Of a stretch of DNA of 64,000 nucleotides, positions 12,562-26,081 are shown in pieces. Position 1 is the first letter of the stretch, and each line of letters opens with the position of its first letter. A program made the position numbers and the translations under genes. The DNA is from Felis catus (lineage: Eukaryota): the NCBI RefSeq assembly GCF_018350175.1, contig NC_058368.1:152212001-152276000 (forward strand), read 5' to 3'. The notes beneath the pieces were generated by a model, which made no database searches, was not told the DNA's origin, and saw only the letters and a list, made by a program, of their open reading frames with translations.

Positions 12562-13333
12562 TGTTTGGGAAAAGGTTAACTAATCAGGGTTGGGCTTTGC
12601 TTTCTTTCTTTTTTTTTTGTTTCAAGTTTTTATTTAAATTCTAGTTAGTTAACATGTAGTGTAATACTGGTTTTAGGCATAGAATTTAGTGATTCATTAC
12701 TTACATATGATACCCAGTGCTCATCACAAGTGCTCTCCTTACTATCCATCACCCATTTAGCCTAACCCCCACCCCTGCATATCTCCCCTCTATCAAGGGT
12801 TGGGCTTTTCAACCCCTGCCCATTCCAAAGAAAAATCTGTCTTAAGACTCACCCTTGGCCTGGCTCCAGGGAGATGACCTCTGAACCCTGGGAATATTCT
12901 GCCTGATAAGAATGTTTTTGTATGACTAAAGCCTTGAGCCACTCTTAGTTCAGTTTGATCTGGTGGGGGGGATGGCTCTCAAGTCTGACTGGCTGAAGTC
13001 AGTCATGATGATGCCAACATGATATATCCCCAGTAAAAATCCTGGTCACCAAGGCTTCAGTGAGCTTCCCTGGCTGGAAACACTTGACATATCTTGTTAC
13101 ACATCATTTCAGGAACATAGAGCACATTTCTATGCAATTCCACTGGAAGAGAACCCTAGAAGTGTGCCTGTGATTTTCCCTGGACTTTGCTCCACATGCT
13201 TTTTTCACTTTGCTAATTTTAATCTATATCCCTTCACTGTAATAAACCATAAGCGTGAGTATAACAGCTTTTCTGAGTCCTATGTGTCTGTCAGTCCTCA
13301 AGCCTGAGGGTGGTCTTGGGGACCCTCAATATA
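12562..13333 (+). mobile_element. ERVL solo LTR (MER68/MER21-like), split by an L1 fragment
   Basis: tgt..ggaaaaggttaac start; cccattccaaagaaa; ggaatattctgcctgataaga; ctgtaataaaccat...tgagtataacagc; ggtcttggggacc end; flanks aaact/aaacc. Confidence 0.8.
12599..12795 (-). mobile_element. Carnivore L1 3' tip inserted in the LTR
   Basis: T-rich tail plus L1 3' UTR (acccagtgctcatcacaagtg); TSD agggttgggcttt at 12586-12598 and 12796-12808. Confidence 0.9.
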
Positions 13334-14959
13334 AAACCTACTGCCAGATCTCAAAAGAAATGTGTTGATTTCAGTCAGGACCCCATTAATCTGCACTGAA
13401 ATTCCTAATCAGAATTTGAAGACACACCCAGCCTTTTGTAGGCTTTTTTGATTGCTCTCCAAGCCTGCTAACATGACCATATTATTCCCCTCTCTGCCAT
13501 ATTCCACACTTTGTGGTATGGCTGCATTCATAAACTTGCTAGATTCCTAAACTTACTGGTTAGTATAATGGGTTGTCTATCATCAAAAATAATGGGAATA
13601 AATTTGTGTCTTCAGAAGTGATTCACCAGTTATTACAAATAAGATCATATAAATTTACAGATAATAGGACTCAGGATTTTCAAGATATATAAATATAAAT
13701 CCCACCAAAAATCTTCATTATGACCAGAATTAAAGAATTTGTCCCTTATCACTTGCTGTAAAACACTCTTCTCTCCCTCTACAGTTGAGAATCAGCCATC
13801 ACTTTATCATGTTATTTCAGCAACATTTTGAGGATTTTTCTGAATGACTTTATTTCAAATCTCAATGAAAATAAATCTATATTTATATTTTATTCTAATT
13901 AAATGACATTTTAAAAATCAAGGTATGTAGATTTCAGTGATTCCAAATGATACCAATTTATATTTTTACTGAGTTGTTGATATTGGTATTGTTGATTTTT
14001 CTAAATTGATTGAAGAATTACAACATCTCTCCAAAGATATTAGAAGGATTTGTCAGACAAAACTAAGTTTGAGGACCAGTAAAATGTATTTGAAATTGAA
14101 TAGCACCACAACATAGTTTTGTTGTTGTTGTTGTGTAAGTCCCTAAGTATAAGCAGAACAACAGAAAAGTAAAGTATTCCCCTCTCTGCCAAAAATAAAC
14201 AACCTATGGGTTGTTATTTAAATATTAATATCAATAAACAAAAGTAATAATAATTACTGAATAGTATGGGTGCATATGAATGACTTCCCTTCATCAGTTC
14301 TTTCACACATTTGTATAAAGTAAGCCTGGAGCTATAAAGGACAAATGATGATTATATCTGCAAGATTCTAGAAAATGTTGAGGGTGTTTCCATTTGTATA
14401 GAGAAAGAAAAAAGTCTCACAATTCAGGGACAGGAAGCTATGATTTACATAATGAACATGGCACAGAGACCTATAAAGAATCAAGACTTAGATGGCAGGA
14501 AAATCACATTGGCTTAATTCCAAGACACCAGGCACATCCCTGGAAAATTCTGATGTGCCGGAATATAACAGTATGTACTTTTCCCAGAGCCAGAATCAAT
14601 GCAATATTTGGCGTTCCTACTTATACTTGGAACATGGGATTCTTTTTCTCAGATCCTATCAGGGTTCCATTTATGTTTAGCACCTGCATGCAGCCCCGGG
14701 GCTCTAAGAGAGACTTTGTACATATAAGTATGAATTGCTTAACACACATTTTGTAACTTATAGGTATTCATTTTGATAATCTCCATACTCTAATATCTGA
14801 TTATCATGATGATGAAAGTGTTACACTTATATAATTGGAATAATCCCCTTTAAATGAGTTTCTACCAATTTTTCACCATCATAAATAATGAGAAATTGCT
14901 CAGCAATGTCATGTACAATGATAAAAGTTTATCAATAATAAAAGCCAGGCCACTATATA

Positions 14960-15200
14960 TCACCAGGGTGAAGAAGCCAACCTCTGAAGTGTGAATTCCA
15001 GTTCTACCATTTACTAGCTTTGTGACACTTAGTAACTATTGTACTCACTTTAAACACCAGTAAATAAGGATAATAATTTGTAGATAGGGGTAATAAATTT
15101 AGCTAACATAAAACTAAGTGAAACTAAAAAGAGCATGGATGGATATAAAACACTTTCCCACAGTGCTTGGTTTAGAGTGAGTGTTTAATTGAAGTTACTG
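14960..15200 (+). mobile_element. MIR SINE
   Basis: gaattccagttctaccatttactagctttgtgac core; cacagtgcttgg end. Confidence 0.65.
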
Positions 15201-15635
15201 TGGTAGGATAGAAGCTATGAACATGAAAAGGTCCACAGCCTTCCTTCTCCTTCTTTGCATAGTGTGGGGAACTAATGGGAAAAGAGAACTAAGTTAGAAC
15301 ATGCAAATTCTCAAAAGAGAACCACAGGACAAACAAAGCACTTTTATCCCAGAACCTCCAATCTTTGAGAAAAGATGGGATCTAGCGAGCAAAATAGCAG
15401 GGATGGGTGGACACAGATGCGGGTGCCATATGGGATACAAGTGTGCGAAGTTCCCAATAACTCAGCATGTTTGAAGAGAGGAAAGAATAGGAGATAAGCG
15501 TTAGTGTTGACAAAATCATCAGATGCTTATTAACTGAAAGAAGTATGATGAAAGATTGAAATTTTTGCCTGAAGCTTATTTTTTTTAATGCAACACTTTC
15601 CAGAAATGGATTTCTGGGGTCACAGATTACAGAGG

Positions 15636-16046
15636 TGTTATGAGCTGAACTGCTTCCTTCCAAAATTTGTATGTTGAAGCTGTTAACTCCCAGTACTCAG
15701 AATGTGACTGTATTTGGAAACAAACAGGGTCTTCAAAGAGGTGACTAAGTTAAAATGAAGCCCTTAAGGTAGGTGGTCCCTAATCCAATCTGACTAGTGT
15801 CCTTATAGGAAGGGGGAAATCTGAACAGATAGAATACATCAGAGATGCATGAGCAAAGGGAAGACTACATGAGGACACAGCAGTAGGGCAACCATCTGAA
15901 AGCCAAGGAAAAAGGCCTCAGGAGAGGCCTGTAGACACTTTGATCTTGAACTTCTACCCTCTAGAACTGTAAGAACACTTGTTTCTGTTGTTTATGCCAC
16001 CCAGTCATCTGTGGTCTTTTATGGCAGCCCAAGTAAACTAAATACA
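15636..16046 (+). mobile_element. MLT1B-like MaLR solo LTR
   Basis: TGTTATG start, cagaatgtgactgtatttggaaa, ccctaatccaatctgactagtgtcctta, end atggcagcccaagtaaactaaatACA. Confidence 0.9.
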
Positions 16047-16084
16047 AGGAGTAAATATTTATATTAGCTATAAAGGGGCAATAA

Positions 16085-16390
16085 TATGCTTAGAGGTTAA
16101 AGTGGTAGGAGAAGGCTTTGCCTGGAATGAGAACGATAGAGTTTGACTTTTCAGTTCACATTTTTGTTCCATCATTTTCTGTTTGTATGACCTTAAGTGA
16201 GTTATTTACTCCCTCCATACCACAGTCTTTTAATTTAAAAAAAAAAAGGGGGGGGGGGGAGGGTGGCTGCATATATAATGGTGTCTACTTCATTTGGTTG
16301 TTATCAGACTTAAATGAGCTAAAATAATTAATACCTAAAACAGTGACTGGCATATAATACTGGTCAATGATCTTAAAAATTTTCATTAGC
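16085..16390 (+). mobile_element. MIR SINE with internal A/G homopolymer run
   Basis: tgtatgaccttaagtgagttatttactccctc; aaaacagtgactggcatataa. Confidence 0.65.
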
Positions 16391-16598
16391 TATAATAATT
16401 CTTTTCAAGGGTTCTCCATCCTTCTGACCTTCAACATTTTCAAAGACTATGGCAGTGTTGTGGAGAAAGTCTCTGGGTCAGCAGAAGCAATTTTGGCTAT
16501 GGAGTTATTACAAGGGACAGTTCACTACAAGTCACATATCTTCTTTCATTGGGGTTACAATGAGAAAGGGTCTTCTCATTTTAAAATACCCAAAGGTT

Positions 16599-16803
16599 GG
16601 GGCACTTGGGTGGCTCAGTTGGTTAAGCGTCCAACTTCGGCTCAGGTCATGATCTCGCAGTTTGCGAGTTCGAGCCCCACGTCAGGCTCTGTGCTGACAG
16701 CTCAGAGCCTGGAGCCTGCTTCAGATTCTGTGTTTCCCTCTCTCTCTGCCCCTCCCCACCTCAAAAATAAAATAAACTTTAAAAAGAAGAATAAAAAAAA
16801 AAG
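16599..16803 (+). mobile_element. CanSINE (SINEC_Fc type, short CT region)
   Basis: Typical head and body; TSD aaatacccaaaggtt / aaataaccaaaggtt. Confidence 0.96.
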
Positions 16804-16944
16804 AAATAACCAAAGGTTGACATTCATTGTAGGAAATGTAAACAGTAAAGAGATTTAGACACAAATCAAGTTAAAGAAGTAAGAGAGAACTCTTTAGGTT
16901 TCTAAGTTTTGACATTCTGAAATATGTTTGTTGTATACCTTTTT

Positions 16945-17157
16945 TCTTATTTTTTTAAATTTATTAATTTATTTTGAGAGACAGAGAGAGTGAGCAGGGA
17001 AGGGACAGAGAGAAAGAGGGAGAGAGAGAATCCCAAGCAGGTTCCGCATTGTCAGCGTGGAGCCCGACGCAGGGCTAGAACTCACGAAGCATGAGATCAT
17101 GACCTGAGCTGAAACCATGAGTTAGGTGCTTAACCTATGAGCCACCTAGGTGTCCCT
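16945..17157 (-). mobile_element. CanSINE
   Basis: tttattttgagag...gaatcccaagcagg...gagatcatgacctgagctgaa...gagccacctaggtgtccc. Confidence 0.95.
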
Positions 17158-17169
17158 GTTAATAACTAG

Positions 17170-17400
17170 TTTTTACTTTTCTATTACCTTGCAGTTCCAG
17201 ATACTGTTCTAAGTGCTTTACATATACTAACTCCTTTAATCCTCCTTATAAACATGTGATAGATATAGTTTGTTAATGAAGAGACAGTTGTAAAGCGGTT
17301 CAAAAACATGTTCAAGATGAAGGAGCTAGCAAGTAGCAGTCAGGGTTTGAATCCTGGTGGTGTACGACCAGAGTCCATACTCTCCTTCATTCTACGCTAC
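17170..17400 (-). mobile_element. MIR SINE
   Basis: ccagatactgttctaagtgctttacatatactaactc...gggtttgaatcc. Confidence 0.7.
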
Positions 17401-18584
17401 CTCAAAAGTTTATTAGGCAGATAATAGATTTTTTTTCTTCAATTATATTTATCCCAAAATGTTTCTTTCCAAGATGATACAGTGCTGTCATTTATTGGGG
17501 GTGAAGAAGATATGATTCATTTATTTGAGCATTAAAGAAACATAGATGTGTAATATCATAGTGCTTAAAAGCAAGATTTCTGCCCATAGGCTTGTGATCC
17601 AGATCTATATAAACTTAGGGCATGTTATATAGATGAATACATATGAAATTGCTCAAGATCCTTTTCCAAGATATCATGAGCAAATGTGGCCTATAGCAAA
17701 ATCATATCATGTATCAAGAACATTATTGTGCAGTTTTCCTGACGCATTTATGGTAACTCAAGTAGAAATCACTCTAGAAAGATAGGTTTGGGGTCAGCTT
17801 GAAAAGACCCTTGACTGACTTCCAAGAACTGAAGTATGATTTTTAAAATGAGACTCATCATTGGTTCCTGAGCAGGAGGTTAAATATATCAGTGTTCCAG
17901 ATGGGATATGCAGACGAAACTGAAACTGGAGATGTGAACAGAAACACCATTACTGTATTTGCAGGTATTACACAGTAAGGACCTGAACTTGGTTTGGGGC
18001 AACAGTCACACAAAAATACAAAACAATGAAAAGTGTTGCCAAAAAAAAAGTCAGATTTGGCCACCCATTAGATGGGAGTAGAAAAGAAAGACAAAATAAG
18101 ATTCAAAGAGGACCGAGGCTCCTTGAGTTGGAGTTCATTGGCTCATTCAGGTGCCATGACTAGAACGCGGCAGAAGGAAAAGATCTTGGTATAAAAAAAA
18201 ATAAAAGATTAAAAGTTGATTTTATAAAATAAAACTGAAGTTTGTTTTCCATCCATTAAATACATTGGTGTTATTTCTACCTTAGGAAAGTAAAGTTCTA
18301 ATGATTTAAAATAACAGAGACCAAGGAGAAGTACCTTTCAATTAAAGATATACAAATTCAACATTATTTGATTTTCAGTGAGCCAAGCAAGCACCTAACA
18401 AGATTCTCCCTTAGGCAAACCATTTGCTATTGACACAAATTACTATCTGACAAGGGATTAGAAAAAAAGAGTCCAAGGAAAAAAATAAAATGTAAACAAT
18501 GCTTTAGCCTCTTCCTTTCTGCTTTTTGTTAGGTGTTTTACAAATTGTGAGTTAACTCTGTTTTCAGAGTTTTAAAAACAGTTG

Positions 18585-18753
<169 letters not shown>

Positions 18754-19704
18754 TGGTTGCTTGGTATTAACTGTTTCTAGAGGCATACCACTAGTGCGCC
18801 AAATTTTCAACTTGTATATTTGTACAGATAATATAATTTAGGTGACTTGGGAATTGCTCTTCAAATTAACACCAGTTTTAAAATACCAACATCAAATTAA
18901 TGAGATTTTACTGAATTTTTAGGAATTTCAGAAACATGAAGATTTTACAGAGGCACTGAGGCTTATTTGCAAAACCTTGGGCAGAATCTCCAGAGTTGTG
19001 TTGTTTCTTTCTTTCTTTTTTTTTCCTAATAAGTCATTATGCCTCTACAGAAGCCAGCATATTCTCTGGAGTTTTAATAGATGACATTCTTCACTTTGCC
19101 AGCAAAGTACTCCAGGATATATAACAGACCAATGAATTACTCCAGCAGAGCAATAAACGGGGCCTGAAAAAGTTAATGCACTTTCCTAAATGCCAAATTT
19201 TTATAAAGTGGCTTATTTTAAAAGATAGATGTCAACCCAGAGTACTATACACATTAGATTCCTTAATAACAGATACTACTTAAGGATGTAAAAGTAACAA
19301 AAAAAGTAAACACACTTTGGGAAATAATTTTTTTTTATTTTTCTGACTTCTTAGGAAAATAAAAGTCTCATAAAATCATTAAAACTTTCCACTCATCCTC
19401 TAAAATATAGTTAAATTCAGAGGAATATTGGTAATTTCTTCATTTTGATATTTAAGTTTAGCCAAATGCATAAGGTCAAAGACTAATTTACTTGCTTTTA
19501 ATTGCTCCAATATTAAAAGCAAGTGTGTGTGTGTATATGTGTATATTTATATACATATACATCCACACATATACATATACCTACCTACTCGATTGTATTA
19601 TTGGACTGTATATATATAAGTATATTCTATAATATACCTATATATATTCCCACATGAAATTCTATTAATACTTTTCTTCTAACTATGTAATTTTGTGTTT
19701 TCAG

Positions 19705-19935
19705 GAAAAATGATGTATGATCTTGGAGGTCAGCATATCTGGATTCAAGTATTAGCTTTACTAATTTTTAGTTTTGTAACTTTGGGCAAGTTACTTAGTC
19801 TCTCCATGCCTCACTTTCTTCATCTGTAAAATAAACATAATAGTAAGATTGCTATGGATACTAAATAATTATGAAATTACTTATCATCATGCCTGGATAC
19901 GGTATGTCCCCAGTAAACGCTGGCTTTATTATTCA
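19705..19935 (+). mobile_element. MIR SINE
   Basis: actttgggcaagttacttagtctctccatgcctcactttcttcatctgtaaaat core. Confidence 0.85.
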
Positions 19936-20077
19936 TTTTACTCCTTTCATCAAATTGTAAGTATCTTTAAGGCAATTATTATACCATACTAGGTTTCTGT
20001 AATTCTATATATCATCTAACACTGCATCTATCACTCTCAGCCTTCAATGACTGCTTTTCAAAGATACCCTCTCATAT

Positions 20078-20741
20078 CGGGAACCCTCTTGCACTGTTGG
20101 TGGGAATGCAAATTGGTGCAGCCGCTCTGGAAAGCAGTGTGGAGGTTCCTCAGAAAATTAAAAATAGACCTACCCTATGACCCAGCAATAGCACTGCTAG
20201 GAATTTATCCAAGGGATACAGGAGTACAGATGCATAGGGCCACTTGTACTCCAATGTTCATAGCAGCACTCTCAACATAGCCAAATTATGGAAAGAGCCT
20301 AAATGTCCATCAACTGATGAATGGATAAAGAAATTGTGGTTTATATACACAATGGAATATTACGTGGCAATGAGAAAAAATGAAATATGGCCTTTTGTAG
20401 CAACGTGGATGGAACTGGAGAGTGTGATTCTAAGTGAAATAAGCCATACAGAGAAAGACAGATACCATATGGTTTCACTCTTATGTGGATCCTGAGAAAC
20501 TTAACAGGAACCCATGGGGGAGGGGAAGGGAAAAAAAAAAAAAAGAGGTTAGAGTGGGAGAGAGCCAAAGCATAAGAGACTGTTAAAAACTGAGAACAAA
20601 CTGAGGGTTGATGGGGGGTGGGAGGGAGGGGGGGGTGGGTGATGGGTATTGAGGAGGGCACCTTTTGGGATGAGCACTGGATGTTGTATGGAAACCAATT
20701 TGTCAATAAATTTCATATAAAAAAAAAGAAAAAAAAAAAAA
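20078..20741 (+). mobile_element. Young felid L1 (L1_Fc-like), 5'-truncated, ~660 bp
   Basis: Encodes the ORF2 C-terminus ([18 protein letters not shown]...HMVSLLCGS) with one frameshift; 3' UTR, aataaa and poly-A; TSD caaagataccctctc at 20059-20073 and 20742-20756. Confidence 0.97.
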
Positions 20742-21439
20742 CAAAGATACCCTCTCCTTTATCCTCTGTATAAGTTATTGAGATATTCTACTATTCCCTA
20801 GATTTGAAAGTCTATGAGACATAAGGAAAGTCAACCTAAGGTAGAGCTGTCACCAAAAGTGACTTTGAAATTTGAAAACAGAAACACTGAGGCAGAAGCA
20901 GAACAAATATTTTGCCCAAATAAAAGGAAAGCTTTGCCCAAGTTTCCAGTGCTGGAAGATTCTCACACATAAAAACCATACTACTAGGAACATGCATGAC
21001 CAGGTTTAGTGCTTTCATTCATCCTGTAAAATACTGCTGTACTTTTGTTGTCTTGGATAGGCAGTTTTCTATCCATCTTCAGGGTTCTTCTTCTTTCCAC
21101 TGGTAATAGAATTTGTTTTTCTGAGTTGGGAAGATAAGACTTACACAAGCCAATTTACAACTTCTCTTGGAAGTGAGCTGAGTAACTTTGATACAACTTT
21201 AATCCATTTAGAGTCTAATACTTCAGTATGGAAACCAATTGGACAATAAACTTCATATATTGAAAAAAAAATAGAGTCTAATACTTCGGAAGATCTTACT
21301 TTGCAGCCTGCCTTTTCTTCTGCTAAGAATACCCTTTCTTCTCCCTTCAAAGTCACTCTTAGTAATCTTTTAAAACCAATTTCCCAGGTAACTTCCACAA
21401 GAAAATACTTTTGACATCCTAAGATTGAATCAGATTCCC

Positions 21440-22140
21440 TTCATTCAACCATTAATTCAACAAATATTTGAGACCTACTATGTGCCAAATACTAGTCTGC
21501 ACATGGAAATACAACAGTGATCACATTAACTAGAATCCCTCCTGAAGCAGGGATACCCCCTAATGGACGGAGAAAGAGAATACATAAAACACCTAATATG
21601 CCACAGGGAATAATGAAACACATAAGTAAAGATAAAATACAGGATGGCAAAAAAATAAAGCATGCTAGGGATGCTAGGACATCCTGACCAATAGGGTAAC
21701 TGCTCTTAAATAGGATGGTCAGGGAAAGCCTTAATGACACAATAACATCGAAGTAGTAATTCCAAGGAAGTGAAGGAACAAACCAAGTGTATATTCAGGG
21801 GAAGAATGGTTCAGACTAAGAGAACTTCAAGCACAGAAAGCCTGAGGTGGGAACATGCTCAGTATGTTTTAGGAACTAGAAAGGATGCCTTCATGCCTGG
21901 AGCTGTGTGATCGGGACAACATGGTGATGACAGACAGGCAGACATGTGAGGCCTTTCACCCCACAGGCCTTGAGAACTCCAGCATTTACTCAGAGTGAGT
22001 TGAGGAGCCACTGGGGGGTTTGAGCTGAAGGGTGTAATGATTTGACATGTTTAAATGAATTATTCTGATTTCTGTCTCATGAATGTACTATAGTGGGACC
22101 AGGGAGGAAACGGGCTGATCAGTTAAAGTTTTACAGTGGA
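21440..22140 (-). mobile_element. L2 LINE 3' fragment
   Basis: ttcattcaaccattaattcaacaaatatttgagacctactatgtgcca; ggtcagggaaagcctt; cctgaggtgggaacatgct. Confidence 0.85.
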
Positions 22141-22843
22141 AAGATAAGAAAGATAGAAGGGGCTCCCTATGTGTTCCTTTTGCAAGTTGACCATGATCCA
22201 GCCTGCCATTATTCTACTCTTTGGCATTTGACTTGATAAAACTATGACATCCCTAAGAGGGGAAAATGGGTCTCTTATCTCTGTATCATCAACATTTTAT
22301 CAAAAACTTCATATATTATAGTACTCAGCAGATGCTTACTGAATGAAAAGAAGTCTTTTAATATAGACTTTCAAAGAAATTCAGACCCTGAGGAGATCCA
22401 AATATCATGGCTTTTTAAACAGAAAATTCATGTAAAAAAATATTTGGGCTGATTCACTGGAAGAGAAAAATACTAGTATTCCTCTATATTTTTTGAGATA
22501 TTGGTCTTCAACTCCATGCAGTAAAAATGTAAAGGAATAAAATTGGGGCTGTGGGCCAATTCTATAAATGGCAACTAAAGTAATAAAGATAATGGATTTT
22601 GATCAGTACATAAAATGAAAATCATAAACAATTTGCATGAAAAATGTAAAGTGACATTAATAAATAAACATCTGTTTAATATTATTAAGGTCAGTTGAGA
22701 AAAAACTAATTGTCGTAAATATTTCAATTAGTGTTTTGGCAAAAAGTACTTGAAATTTGAATGATAATGAAGGAAAATGTTTTGAATAAAGGAAGATTTT
22801 AATATTCCAGACCCATAGTGAATCACAAAAAAGCGTTTGTCTA

Positions 22844-23043
22844 TGTATTAGTTTGCTACTGCTGTTGTAACAAATCCACATAAATATAGTAAGCGAACAC
22901 AACACAAATTTATGAGCATAATTTGTAGGTCAGAAGTCTGACACAGGTCTCACTGAGCTAAAATCAAGGTGTTGGTAAAGTTGCACTCCTTTCTGGAGGC
23001 TCCAGCAGATACTATGCCGCCTTGCCTTTTCCAGCTTCTAGAG
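22844..23043 (-). mobile_element. MLT1C/D-like LTR fragment
   Basis: tgtattagtttgct...ggtcagaagtctgac...aaaatcaaggtgttgg...ttccagcttctagag. Confidence 0.8.
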
Positions 23044-23704
23044 AATGATTTAAATTATGATACATCGACATGATGGAATACTATACAGTCATTAAAATTA
23101 GGTTTGTGAAATTTTTAGTTATATGACAAAACAATAAAAGTGACAAGTGTTACAAGCCACATTAATTATGCAATATTTTTTCAACTGTACAAAAATACAC
23201 ATGCATGAACAGATGGCTGAAAAAAGGTATTAATATACTGCTTCTAAATGTAGTTATGAATAGTACCTATTTATTCTTTATGCTCTTTTCTTAATTTTTA
23301 AATGAACTTGTATAATTTTTAAAGTAGCATATTTTCAAAACCAGTAGCATGCATTTAAATTAATAGCTCGTGATTTCATACAAATATTTTATTGGCTCTT
23401 TCTGATACTTTCTTCTCCTCCTTTTCCTCCAATTAAGCATGGTATTAAGACTTTGTTTTAATTTAAATGAAAAAAAGGGCAAAAGTTGCATCTTGCTCTT
23501 TTCTCTTTTATTCATAACCTAAATTCTTCAAAGTACTATACCCAACGCCTTTTGGATTTCCTGATTTAAGTTTCAAAGAGATTCTATTTCTATGAATTCT
23601 CCTACCTTAATCTCTTGCTAGACAGCAGGCAACCTTTCCAGAAAAGACTGGATTTTTAATTTTAACTCTGCAAGTCATTCTCCTAACTTTCAGATCTGTT
23701 GAAA

Positions 23705-24140
23705 TATTATAACGTCCTATGATTTTCTGGCATATATAAAATTGAAAGGAGAGGCAAAACTATGAAGATAGTAAAAAGATCAGGAATTGTGGAGTGGAGG
23801 GATAGGGGGAGGGAGGAGGGATGAATAGACAAGACACAGAGGACTTTTAGGGCAGTGAAAATACTCTGTATGATATTAGAATGGTGAATTAATGTCATTA
23901 TTTGTTTATCCAAACTCATAGAATGTACAACACCAAATGAACCATAATGTAAACTAAGGTCTTTAAGTGATAATGATGTGTCACTGAAAGTTCATCAATT
24001 GTAACAAAAGTAACACTCTGGTGGGGGGTGTTGATAATGGGAGAGGCTTGTATGTATGGGGGCAGGGGTATATGGGAAATCTCTGTAGCTTTCTCTCAAC
24101 TTTGATGTGAACCTAAAACTGCTCTGAAAATATGAAATCT
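23705..24140 (+). mobile_element. L1MC1-like 3' end
   Basis: ggacttttagggcagtgaaaatactctgtatgat; catagaatgtacaacacca; tgtgaacctaaaactgctct. Confidence 0.85.
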
Positions 24141-24231
24141 TTTTACCAATTGAAAGGACAGGTAAACTTTTTAAAGGAAATATAAGTAAATTCATGCCTC
24201 CTCATCCATTTAAAAAAAAAACAGTAAAATA

Positions 24232-24433
24232 GGGGTGCCTGGGTGGCTCAGTCAGTTAAGTGGCCAACTCTTGGTTTTGGCTCAGGTCATGATGTCCCAG
24301 TTCATTAGTTGTAGTCCCACATCAGGCTCCTCATAAACAGCACAGAGCCTGCTTGGGATTCTCTCTCCCTCTCTGCCCCTCCCCTGCTCTTTCTCTTTCT
24401 TCAAAGAAATAAATAAGCATTTTTTTAAAAACC
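24232..24433 (+). mobile_element. CanSINE
   Basis: ggggtgcctgggtggctcagtcagttaag head; TSD cagtaaaata at 24222-24231 and 24434-24443. Confidence 0.95.
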
Positions 24434-25299
24434 CAGTAAAATAACAAAGCTCTGTCTTTCACCTGCCAAATTTAACTACTAAAAATAAAAGGCCAACAAA
24501 TTTGCTTTCATACGTGTTACACATATGTATGTATATTTGTACATATACATGCATTACTTTCAAACAGGAAATAAATAGCCTATTGTTAGAGAAATCAGTC
24601 CAGGAATCAAACATATTTTCCTTTCCCACTTGCCTTTTGATAATCAGTCATCTCCCACTTTGAAAAGAAAAAGCATACTTGTCTTTAGTCATCTAGACTC
24701 TCACAATGATACACTGTGCTGAAGTATAAGTTTCCGTGGTGCCCACCAAAGGAATAGTTTGAAATACTGATATCTGGGAAGTCTTCTTAAATCAAGGCAC
24801 AATATATACATGGTATAGCTTATGTCTCTCCTTATATTTATTATACCTATTTCCATTAAGGGCTAAGAGTGAAATTAGAGTAATTTGGCCCACATTGGAA
24901 TCATTTGAATTTAGATAAATTCTGAGTAGGGCAGCATGAATGAAAACAATTTTTGTTGCCTATCACATCTTGTCCATTCACTGCCTTTTGACACTGCTTC
25001 TGAGGGACGGCCCTGTGAGCACACAGGCACAAAATTTTAAAAGTGCAGCCACCTTACTGACAAATTCATACTAAGACTCAATCCCTGCATTATCCATCAG
25101 AATCACTTCTGAAAATCAGAAGTGATATGGTTATCATGAGAAAAATAACAATGTTATGTAAATTAAAAACCAAAGTTAGACATTCTGTGATGGTCTGCCT
25201 TGGCTGTTCTATTTGACAATGAAACTGAACTTTCCAGTTATGTTATAAGGTGAACATTGTCCATGAACTGAAAGAGTTAAGTCTACAGCTCAACTTTTG

Positions 25300-25529
25300 G
25301 TTTGTTTTTTTTTTTTTTGATTTTTTAATGTTTATTTATTTTTGAGACAGAGAGAGACAGAGCTTGAGTGGGGGAGGGACAGAGAAAGAGAGGGAGACAG
25401 AATCTGAAGCAGGCTCCAGGCTCTGAGCTGTCAGCACAGAGTCCGATGCGGGGCTCGAACTCATGAACTGCGAGATCATGACCTGAGCTGAAGTCGGCCG
25501 CTTAACTGACTTAGCCACCCAGGCGCCCC
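25300..25529 (-). mobile_element. CanSINE (SINEC_Fc type)
   Basis: Full element; TSD tacagctcaa[c/g]ttttg at 25284-25299 and 25530-25545. Confidence 0.97.
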
Positions 25530-26081
25530 TACAGCTCAAGTTTTGATGGGAATAAATATAAGATACTTTATAAGAAAAAAGTACTTTATCAAAAAATACA
25601 CACTGGCATAAATGTATTAAAATGAATGACATTTTTATTTCACCAACCCTTTCTTAGTATACTGAGTAAAGCAAGGTACCTTTTTGTAAAAAAGTAATAG
25701 GAATCACTTGAAAAGCTTGGGAAAACCTTTATGTTATTGACAAAGTACATGACTAATGACTGAGTAATAAATTCTTTTGCAAGAGAGGTGACTTCTAACT
25801 CTGCTTACAATGAAATTGAAGAAGATCCTTAACAAGTTGATAACCGAAATATAATTTTAATAATATATCCCCATTTGATTTTTGACATATGACTGATAAA
25901 GAACTTAAAAAACGGACACCTCTATAAAAATTTCCACTTATTTAGGTGAAAATATTTATGTTTTCAACTATAAAAATAAAAAATAGGAAGAGAAGGAGTA
26001 CAAAACTTGCCTCATTCTAGTAACATATAATGTAAATCCATAATGATATAATATTTTTCATACCAAAAAAAATCAAAAACA

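Noticed and set aside
16367..16858. 163-aa ORF and similar ORFs (25336, 44644, 47208, 49033, 53477, 56538, 61120)
   Set aside because: They read through CanSINEs (recurrent peptides such as VKRPTSAQVMISQF); these are repeat-derived artefacts.
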